DNA of 64,000 nucleotides. Source: Marsupella aquatica (lineage: Eukaryota > Plantae > Marchantiophyta). Location: positions 18,010,563 to 18,074,562 of the forward strand of contig OZ316894.1 of assembly GCA_973895155.1 (NCBI GenBank). The letters are read 5' to 3'. A program made the position numbers and the translations under genes. The notes under the pieces are model-generated. The model was not told the origin of the DNA and made no database searches. It was given only the letters and a program-made list of their open reading frames with translations. Shown here one piece after another: positions 1 through 10,200 of this stretch (position 1 is its first letter; each line of letters starts with the position of its first letter).

Positions 1-7
1 TGCTCAG

Positions 8-821
8 GACTACATGGAGGATTATGAGGTGATGGTCCCCTTCCAGTCTTTGTTGGCTCTTGGCTACACTGTGGATGCTGTGTCTCCCGACAAAACAGAA
101 GGAGAGACATGCCCAACTGCAATTCACGACTTCGAGGGTGCCCAGACTTATAGTGAAAAACCTGGTCACAATTTTGTTTTGACGGCTACCTTTGATCAAA
201 TCAAAGTGGAAGAGTATGATGCTCTTGTCATACCAGGTGGCCGAGCTCCTAAGTACCTTGCTCTTGACGATGCTGTTTTGTCACTCGTCCATCACTTTGT
301 CGCTGCTGACAAACCTATTGCTTCCATCTGCCATGGACAGCAAATACTTGCTGCAGCGGGTGTGCTTAAGGTGAATTTTTGTTACATGTTTAGGTGGTTT
401 GTTCTTCACTGTGAGTTGATGCAGGAACCTTTCTTTGGTTGTGCAGACGTATTAAGTACATTAAATGAAGCGATTAGTGTCAACAATTCCAGTGGTGTTC
501 TATGAATAGCCAGGTTTAGAATTCTGGATGATAGCTTATTTAAAAGCGATGTGCTAGTCTGCAAGAGGAAATCCTACGTGCTCATTTTCAACATTGAATT
601 CTGATCACGTTCGTATTGTGTGTGGGAATCAGGGAAAGAAATGCACTGCATACCCAGCAGTAAAACCCCAGCTATTGCTGGCAGGAGCACAATGGTTAAA
701 CCCGGAACCCGTTACTAAATGTTTTACTGACGGAAAGCTTGTTACTGGTGCTGCATGGCCTGCTCATCCGGAATTTGTGGCACAATTAGTAGAATTGTTG
801 GGTACCAAGATATCATTCTAG
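8..821 (+). CDS. DJ1D: DJ-1/PfpI family glyoxalase III (DJ-1D-like), last two exons (8-370, 633-821); 5' part lies outside the window
   Basis: Translation [15 protein letters not shown]...SEKPGHNF...[12 protein letters not shown]...[17 protein letters not shown]|[10 protein letters not shown]...[11 protein letters not shown] matches the C-terminal domain of plant DJ-1D. GT-AG intron 371-632; stop TAG 819-821. Confidence 0.93.
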
Positions 822-2305
822 CTTGTCGAGCGTTGAAGAGCTGTACAGAGTTTTCTTCATTTACAAGCTTGTACAGATTTGATTCATTGGCGCGACTTTC
901 AAGCCATGGAAAGTTACTGCCAAAGTGAGATACTGTAGTTTGTAAGCCAACTTCTGGTGCTAATGTTGTTTTGGCGATAGAAAGAAGGTGGGCACCAGGT
1001 GGGAACCACAGGAGTATACTTTAGGTACTCCTCGGCCTCCTGTTTGGTCTTGCGATCAGGATAGGATATAAATTTCTGGTCCACGGACTACAGGCCCGGT
1101 GATTGTTTATTATACTTATTGTATCCAGGAACAATTAGGGGATTTGACCAAACCAAGAATAGTGTTTCAGGACTTGGCAAAGTGTGAACGTAATTGAATT
1201 ATGCTTAGGGTTACGCAGGTGGACTCTTCACCTGCGCCTAGAATACCGTTCAAGGTACATTGTAACAAACCACATTTTGGTCTGTGTTTTGAAAGTAGTT
1301 GGTCCAGGAGTTGGGATTAAAGTACTTTTTTGGTGTTAATAAACGTGCTCTTTATTGGAGTTCGTAGACAGTAAATCTAACATGATAATCTATCCGACAA
1401 TCTACTTCACCAGAATTGGCTTCGGCTTACAGCACATCAACATTGGGCGAACTGTCCATGATTAAACACAATCTGTGGTCTGGCACAGGCATCATCAAAC
1501 ACTGAAGAAACTGCCCCGACCGAAATATTTATGAGAATGATCTCTAGAGTGATACATGCATATCAGCAGTAAGGTGCTGCATCGTTCAAATCAACGAGCT
1601 GTAGAACGTAGACAACCATCGATTAGTCAATTACCAACAACGTGTCCACGTTTGTTGCCACCGAGAGTTCCCTTTAGAGGCGAAAAATTGGACGAGGTCC
1701 AGCAATCAGCAAGCACATCAGTCAGTGCAACCCACGCATTTAATGTCTGTGCAATAGTCGTAAGTACGCGCTCTCGCTATATATTTTTCGTACTCAGTCT
1801 TAAGGACACCATTATCTTCTTCTCTTTCTGTTTAGCAGCAGAAAATTCAGATGCATTGAACCACGTCTGAAGAACGACATTTCAAGTACCAGTGAGCCCG
1901 CCAGTGAGTATTGGAATTTATTCGTCCGATCTGTTACAGATCTTTATAACTGTGAATAACAATTTCTAGTGTGCACATTAGCAGATAATTAAAGGTCGAT
2001 AATCAAGCAATGTCCATCGCATGACCTGCCCCAGAAAAAAGACCATAACAGACTCGGAAGCTATTCAAAGGAGTCAGTGGCAATCATGACTGAGTGATTC
2101 CCAGCCTGACGACGAAGATTGAATTGCAAATTTGTCGACATGTTTCTAAGCAGCTAGTTTTTTACCATGGAAGTCATGGATCGTAGCCTGAGGACAGATC
2201 CAGAGAGGGACCGAGTTGTCTTGCCTCTTGTGGATCATCGTCCAGCCTTCTTCAATGAGATAATAGACTACCGAAATTACTCCTAGCAATTCCACAATCT
2301 CATTA

Positions 2306-2503
2306 CTAGCCCTTGATTGCAGCGCCACAGGTGTTGCAGGTGAAGATATGCCGCGTTCGCTCCCAGATTGGCAGGTAGCAGAAATGATATGACTCCCTAA
2401 CTTCCGTGTCGGCTGGGATAGACCCGCAGTTCCTGCAAACCCCATTTGCAGGTTGTGTGGTTATAACCCGGCGTTCCTTGCCAAATACGAAACACCAAAA
2501 CAT
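2306..2503 (-). CDS. 65-aa zinc-ribbon protein (CxxC...FCYLP...CxxC), small plant family often labelled 'methionyl-tRNA synthetase'
   Basis: ATG at 2503 gives MFWCFVFGKERRVITTQPANGVCRNCGS...YHFCYLPIWERTRHIFTCNTCGAAIKG. The two CxxC pairs and FC(F/Y)LP motif are typical of this family. Confidence 0.8.
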   Translation of the reverse strand: MFWCFVFGKERRVITTQPANGVCRNCGSIPADTEVRESYHFCYLPIWERTRHIFTCNTCGAAIKG

Positions 2504-3649
2504 GGTTGCTTGCTGGTTTTGAATTGCCCTGGTCGGCTGGCAACTCCCCTCAGTCTCCTTCAAATTGATCGATAACTTCAATCCACAACACCAACTCCTC
2601 CTTGTGCAGTACTCAACTCGATCGATCTCTTCCGAAAACAGTGTGAGCTGTCCTTCGAGGCAAACAGGAGGGTCAGTGTAGCGAACAAGCACAAGACGTC
2701 CACAAACTCCGCATTAAACTCAAAATTACAGCACGTAAGAAATTAGAAGCGTGGAAGATGGAGATAACGGCAGTATATTAACGCTCAATTGAGACAATGA
2801 AGCTGTCAACTCTCACTCACTCAGCTAGCAAGGATTGCCTGGTTCCTTTGAAGACGATTTTCAGAGCCTTTTGATCGAGAATGAAAGGAAAAGCTAGATA
2901 CGAAAATTAAGCCTTACGTACCGTAGTTTCCCAAAATGAACGTCGATCTTGAGGGAAAAGATCTTCCAGTGGACCTTGCTGCGAGGCACCGATTAAACCT
3001 ACTGACTTCGCGATCTAGCTGTAACTCGAAGGGGACGGGGAACATCTGTTCAGGAGATTGCTATATAGTAACTGTATATAGTTCAGCGATATGATCGACT
3101 TCAAGACCGTGGCTGCTAGGTAGTCAGACCATAGCATGCAACTTTGTGCCTCCAAGAAAACCATTTGAAATAGCATGCAACTTAAAGTAAGTACAATAGC
3201 TTGTACGATGAGCATCATCTCGCAATGCAGCGTGGAAGATGAGCAATTTGAGGAGTAATCCAAATTAAAGATAACTTGTGAGATGAGCATCATTCACACA
3301 TTGTAGTTTGTGAATTGAGCGTCGTCAATTCCCAAGTAGAGCCGTCACTACGATTCTTAGCAGCCGGCAAGATTTTGGATAAAAATCTGAATTGGAAGCA
3401 GGCTTCGATGAACAGTGACGAAAATTGGAAAGCAATATTGGAATGTTAGTAACGGTTGAATTTTCGATGACTAGATTTCTTTTCTTCACTTTTCAAGGCC
3501 GCAAAACAAGAAAAAGTTGGCGTATCTGTTTGGCTAATCTTAATTTCCTGTCCGGCATTTCTGTTCTTAAATTTCCTGTTCATCTTGACGCAGTCAGACT
3601 TCTATGTTTTGGTATTTATTTGGGAAAAGAAAAGTCAAAATGACTCGGT

Positions 3650-4064
3650 TTAATTAATTTTTGTCTTGAAACGAAATGGGGAGTAAATACAATTAGACTC
3701 CCCCCTCCCAGTGAGGGAACCCAGACCAGGGTGAGGGAACCCAGACCAGGGTGAGGGAACCTGATCCAACAGTACCTGCACCAGGAAGGAGAGAAGGGAA
3801 CCCAGACCAGGGTGAGCCTCACCTGATAGTGAGGGAACCCAGACCAGGGTGAGCCTCACCTGATCCAACAGTACCTGCACCAGGAAGGAGAGAGAATTAA
3901 ATCAGGGTCACAAAGTGGGCAACCAGGACCAAGAGATAATTAGAATTCCAATCCACTACCCACAAAACCCATCCCACCCTCACACGGGTACCCTCCACAC
4001 CCCAAGGGGATTGAACCTGGGACCTCTCAGTTCCAAGCAATCCCCTAGCCAATTGACCTAAGCC
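3650..4064 (-). mobile_element. Candidate tRNA-derived SINE with internally duplicated body
   Basis: Minus strand has A-box-like TAGGTCAATTGG and B-box GGTTCAATCCC at tRNA-like spacing (~4005-4060), then a body with repeats and an A-rich end (AAAAATTAATTAAA). No clear TSD. Confidence 0.45.
3710..3895. repeat. Nested tandem repeats (20-bp GGGAACCCAGACCAGGGTGA unit plus duplicated ACCTGATCCAACAGTACCTGCACCAGGAAGGAGAGA block)
   Basis: Four copies of the 20-mer and two copies of the longer block are directly visible. Confidence 0.9.
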
Positions 4065-6012
4065 AATTGGTTTTGGACCTAGAATGACATCTCCAAATTG
4101 CCAAGCTATTTATAAGAAGGGGGCACAATGACCCATGAAATAGAAGGCGGGAAATGGGTACTGCCTCTGGAAAAGGGAGCAAGTCTCAAGTTCAATCTGA
4201 GACTGTTAGGTTCCTACAGTATATGGGTTCTGTACCTACTGCTTGGGGTGGTCATATGTGTTGTGCACTAGAGCGCTTGTGGGAGTTATATGAATCATAT
4301 AAGACTTACCAAAAAAAAGGAACCAGGGGCTTTCCTTGCTTGCAAGCCAGTTTCATATAAAAATTACCAAAAACATGAACCAGGGGTTTGCTCTGATTAC
4401 ATGATGCACACAAAGAGGAAATTTTGATAGTGAGGAGAATATTGTTATCAAGTCGCTAGTGGATCTTGATGTCTTTTGATTTTTGCTGACTTTTGTATTT
4501 CTAGTGCATTTCTAAGACTCCAGATAGCTGGCAAGTTAGCTAGTCAAAAGAGGAGTCCAAAATTGGGTATTTTTATTATCCAGGTTTTGGTTAGCTACAT
4601 ACTAACTTTGCTAGTGAAGTGGACTGTTTTATTCATATTATGCAAATTTTTACTGTTTTCTCGCACTCTGCAATACCCACAATTTCCTCTTTAAACTACC
4701 ACTGTGGCCATCACTAGTCAATTCTTCCACAGCCTGGGGGATATTGGAGGTTTAAAGAAGAGGAGTCCAACCACAGCCCACTAGAAAGTGGAATGAAGAC
4801 CCAAGAAGAGAGCAAAAGAAGATAAGAGGGAGAGGATTGGAAAGACAACCCAACCTAAATGGAAGAGAGGAAGAGAATAAGATGGCAAAAGAACAGCCCC
4901 AAATGAAGTCAACGTACCATCACTACAAAGATCCACCAGATCACATACGCCAAGTAGAGGGCCACCATGTGAACAACTTGGAATACACCCAGCATCTTAA
5001 ACATTTTCCTTGGATATAATTCCTATGCTTGCATGGGATCTATACTTATTTACAGATGCATCTTAGCTAGAACGACAAGGACCTACTAACAAGAGCATTA
5101 TTTCTGGAATCACATCCACATTCAAAGCTTCCATGGAGATGGCATCCAAGCGTATGCCTCCTCTTTTCTGGTTTTGGGTTTTGAGTAAACAGTCAAACTC
5201 ACTCTTGCCAAGCCCGTTTCTGACCTTCAATGATAGTTCTGCTGAATTCCTTGTTTCTATCGATTGTTTTCATGTAGGCTGTTATTCTTGGAGTCTGACT
5301 GGATAGCCCATTATGAGAAAACCAACAACAGAAGCCACTTACTACGAATATTAGCACTAAACAAACCATGTCAAAGTTTTGACTCTAGAACTGACCCATG
5401 ACTAACTCAATTTGTTTTGTTTTTTTAAAGGTGGTAACAAGATGAAGTGACTGGGCTTTACGACTATCCCATTGTTGACTTTGCTGGGTTCTACCTTGTC
5501 ATAAATTTGTCCCTATGTGTGTATTTTTTTATATTTGGATGAGATAATTGATTCCTTTTTTATGTGCTGCATAGGATCCATGCATGTTGACAAACTCCTT
5601 GCTAATGTTATTTTCAAAAGGGAAAGCCGCCCAATTGGCTCATTTTGCTCCTATTACACCAATCCAACCAACTCAACTTTGTAAACCTCGAAAGAATTAT
5701 GTCCTATATATTCCATGAATATCCTAACATTTTTTCTTTTATTTTTGTTACTTTAGGAATCTAAGCATCCTCATATGACAACTAGTTAGTGAATACCTTG
5801 TTTATAAAATTAATATAAATAAAAACAGAAAGAATGATAGTCCAAGCCTTGCGTTATTTTCTTGAAATGAAAAATAGCACATGTTTCGCGACCGAGATGG
5901 CACTAAGGTTACAGTCAGACCTGGGTGGCAGGTAACCGACAGACCTGTACACTGCTGTAACGGTTAAAGTACCGTTATTTACTAAATAAAATATTAATTA
6001 ACCTTTCCCGAC

Positions 6013-6145
6013 CGGGATGGCACTGCGGTTACAGTCAGACCTGTGCACTACTGTAACGGTTACAGTCAGGCCTGTGCACTACTGGAACGGTTACAGTCAG
6101 ACCTGTGCACTACTGTAACGGTTACAGTACCGTAGTGCCATCCCG
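6013..6145. mobile_element. Small TIR element (hAT-MITE-like termini) enclosing a 31-bp tandem array; truncated related copy at ~5892-5975
   Basis: CGGGATGGCACTGCGGT (6013-6029) and ACCGTAGTGCCATCCCG (6129-6145) are 17-bp inverted repeats with one mismatch. The interior is ~3 copies of CGGTTACAGTCAGACCTGTGCACTACTGTAA. No TSD seen. Confidence 0.55.
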
Positions 6146-6301
6146 TAGTCTGAATGTTACCGGAGATTACGGTAAGCACGTAACAGTCAAACAGACGTGC
6201 GTAGTGTAACGTGACAGTGTATGCTTACGGGTGGGTGTCATTGCCGTGGGACACTGTTCTCTGAGTCTCGAAAAACAGTTGGGTTCTCATCAGCTGGTCT
6301 T

Positions 6302-6728
6302 TTCCGATCCACTGCCTCATCTTGTGCTCTGCTTCCTTCACCTCGCTTTGATTCTCCTCTCTCGTTTGGTTTCCACAATTATTTTCTCCTTCTTCTTCTT
6401 GTGAATTCAATTCATGAATCGATTGCGAACCTTAGCCAGGACCTCATTGCGAACACTAATTATTTTTTTCATGCATTGAATTGGGCGCTGGCCAGCGCTG
6501 GACTCAATTGCCGATTCCATTCCACTGCCTGATCTTGTGCTCTGCTTCCTTCTCCCCGCTTTGATTCTCCTCTCGTCTGTCTCCACCATTATGTTCTCCT
6601 TCCTCTTCTTATTAATTCAATTCATGAATCGATTGCGACATAAAACCAGGACCTCATTGCCAACTCTAATTTTTTTCATTGAATTGAATTGGTCGCCGGC
6701 CAGCCCTGGACTCAAATGCTGATTCCAA
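6302..6728. repeat. ~213-bp imperfect direct duplication upstream of NHX
   Basis: TCCACTGCCT(C/G)ATCTTGTGCTCTGCTTCCTTC...AATTCAATTCATGAATCGATTGCGA...CCAGGACCTCATTGC...TGGACTCAA occurs twice in tandem. Confidence 0.85.
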
Positions 6729-7213
6729 GCCACGCAGCCTTTGGACGAGATGGGTAATTGTTTATGAACTTTGTTTTTCTTGTAGTGTTAGCAGTTCTTA
6801 TCTGCAAAGTGAAGAATCCAAGCTAGGGATTTGGCGCGCTGACAGGAGGAACAGCTTGAATGTAACTTGAGAAACTGAAATGCAGGCAGGCAGGCTATCT
6901 CAACCCTAAACTTAGTGGACCTCGTCTACTACATGATTGTTGTTGTGCTTCGGATTGACTGCACATTGTCGTCCAAATCAGCGTCGCCAATGCTGCAGAT
7001 GATACGAAGTACTAATTACCGATGATGACGAACCAGGAGACTGCTCAATGTTTGGCCGTGCTATTTTTGGCACTCCACGGATGACCCCCGTAGAATAGGA
7101 AGATGTGCATTATGGGATGGGGAGGCATTCCGAGATGATGATGTGAGCTCTTTGTGCCCCTCACGGTCAATCTTTCGAGCAGTGCCATTTCAGCAATCTA
7201 CTGGTAAGCAACG

Positions 7214-10200
7214 ATGAAAGATTTTGGGGATCACCTGCTTTTTGGAGTTGTTGGCACCCAAGTGAGTGACGCACAAGAGGAAGATTACGTGGCCAGCGTA
7301 TCCATTCTGGTGCAGTTGTTTATGTTGGGGGTTACCTTTGTTATGGGCCATATTTTGCGCCGCAACAAGATCATGGTCGTCCACGAGGCTGGCGCTGCAC
7401 TTTTGCTCGGTGGGTTTGTTATTGCTGCTCTTTCAATAGAATCTTCGTCTCCGTTCAGCACAGAGTTCTTCTTCATGCCCATTAGTTTCCAGCTGCTCGT
7501 TCTCTGAGATTGATTATCTCTCTTGCCTAACTTGCACTCTACCTTTGGAGTCACGCCGACCTTCTATTCAATTCGCTTTGAAAGCATGTTCTAAAAACTC
7601 TTTAAGCTCCCTAATCCAGGACGGGCTTCACTTAATAGCAGGTTTAAGGACACCTAATGATACACTGCTTCACCCTCTTGATACATCTCTCGACAAAATG
7701 AAATTAGAGCAACAATTGAGCGAGCTGACATGAACTAAATCGTTGTAATTAAACCTGTGTTGAACAATTTGTTGGTTTCTCCTGGTGTTGTTATCTGACC
7801 TGAAGTGATTCTAAAGACGGCATTGTTGAGGCGTTGACTTCTTGGGCACGAAAATCTATGCCTTTATACAGGTGTGATCGTTGGAATGTTTGTAAGGATC
7901 AGTGGGGCCACCAGTGGCTTTAGGTAATATCACCCGTTTGGGTTCTATTGTCCACTGCGGTTTACAGCCTGCTTGCTCGATTTCCAGATGATGCATTTGT
8001 GTGCATGTTCAGAGCTGCTAAATATTATTGTATCATCTTTCTGAAAAGTTGACGCCCAGTGTGTTGATATTGCAGCACTTGGATTAACTTCAACAACTCG
8101 TTCTTCTTCTACTTCCTGTTACCGCCGATTATCTTATATCCTTTCTAACTGTTCCCATTTGCAAAATAAAATTGTAATTGAAAAAATTGGAGCAGGTGGT
8201 AGGGTTTAGTGTGATCCAAGTTGCTAAGGACACTGCAATGTTTGTTTGAGGGTAGTAAGAGGCAACTCCGAAAAGAAAAAATGTTTCACTTAACGGATGG
8301 TTGACACCGAATCCGGTTGGAGCTTGAAGACAGTAAGTGATTTCAGGTTCTTCGCTAAGAGGCAATGTATGCTGGCTTCGTCGGTGAATATTCTCTTAGT
8401 TACTGAGAGCCTCGTTTATTTCAAGATATGCTAAAATGTTCTCGGAAAGAGCCGTTTTTTACTTTGGACGATCCTTGTTTTAGTGTTGGGGTACGATCTG
8501 AATTTTCCTGTGCAGAAACCATTTTTTACCAACTTTGGAGCAATTTGTGTCTTCGCATTTCTTGGAACCATTATATCGACCTTTTCGGTAGGAATCATCA
8601 TGTAAGTCTCATTTTCTGGACAACTGCTTCCCAAGCACATCAAATAAGTCATTCAAGTGCCAACTGCTTGAATATACGGATTGCAGGAATATTATATTCA
8701 TACCCACGACCTCTGTCAAGACAGAAGCCCTCGTCTGTTATCTTGGAGTGCAAATGATTCTTGCTAGGCACAATTGAACTGACATTGAAGTACGGTTGGC
8801 CTACTGGGCCAAGAAAATGAGCTAGGACCTGAACACAAGAAATTTTATTGATGTCAAAAGGTTGAGGCTGGAATGTGAGGTGTCGAGTGAAAGTACTAGA
8901 TTCCTAGCGTTTATCATTGTGAGCTGAAAATAACTTTAAAATCTAAGTGTCTGGAAGCTAGATGTAATGGAACTGAATCCTTTTATTCTTACCATAAATT
9001 CATCAGCTGGATTTTCGGAGTTTGGCAATGGACATACACGATGCCTTTTATGGTGTGCTTGACCTTTGGCGCCCTTATTTCAGCTACAGATCCGGTCACC
9101 GTCCTTGCCGTTTTCAATGTAAGTTGGAATTTTGAATTACTCAGCTTCAATTAGTAAATCAATCCCCACAATAATCGTAGCTTAGTTGAGGGTTCCCTAC
9201 AATATGACCTGTCTACAATACTCATGCTTTTTTATCCACAACAATCAGGTAGAAATATTAAATCTGTTGGGAATAACTGGCCCACATGCAATTCATCAGG
9301 CAACTCTCAATCCTGGGCATATGCAGGAAATTTTATGTGCGACTAATCCCTCCAATTTCGATCTAACAGATCCACTTTGAAACATGTGTGATTTTATTAC
9401 CTTGAAACAATTTGTTGAATAGCAACCCGGGAAACATCAGGATATTCCTTCGATATCGCTATCGCCTTTTGAATTCCTTTCCCAGTGTCTAAAAATCCTC
9501 CTTAACAAAACCGTTGGTTCACCTCGTCAAGATGACCAGCAATGATTGCTCAGATACAGCAGCACCCTTTAGCTGCGTGTAATTTTGAGATTTACATGGA
9601 TGATTTACAGTCGCCCATTGTGTAGAACATGTCGGGCTGCTGCTAATAGGCACTCTTTCGTATGTCTATATAGGCTTGTTTTTTTCTCTTGGTATACTTA
9701 CATTGTCACAGAACCTTCATACTAAAGCAGGGACGGCTCGCAGGAACTAGGTGTTGATGAGGACCTTTATGCATATGTGTTTGGAGAGTCTGTGCTCAAC
9801 GATGCTGTGAGTATCTTCCGTACGTGAGCTATCCTGCCAGTGTGCATTTCCATCACATGTATACGGTTTTCTTGCATGTGGTGAACCTAGTGCTGTGGTG
9901 CTTCTTTGCGTTGTGCAGGTGGCGATTGTAACGTACAGGTATTCAACTTCAACCAAATCAGCTTCTCTAAGGGCTACGAGGCATGCTCATTTATGCACTC
10001 AGCATTTTTGTGTGTTATCCGAAGTAGTAGGTAACGAGATTAGTGAGTAAATGACCCCGACAGACATGCACGAACTACAACTGAAAGTTCGGATGATGCA
10101 GAACTGTCTTGACATTCGTTTCCAAAGATGTTAGCGGATGGGGTGTTTTTGAAGCCTTATGGTACTTCATAGCCAACTTCATTGGGTCTTTTTCTATAGG

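Noticed and set aside
4000-4064. tRNA gene
   Set aside because: A/B boxes are present but there is no convincing acceptor or anticodon stem; treated as a SINE candidate.
6026-6128. 31-bp palindromic repeats resembling a CRISPR array
   Set aside because: Units are contiguous with no unique spacers, there are no cas genes, and the context is eukaryotic.
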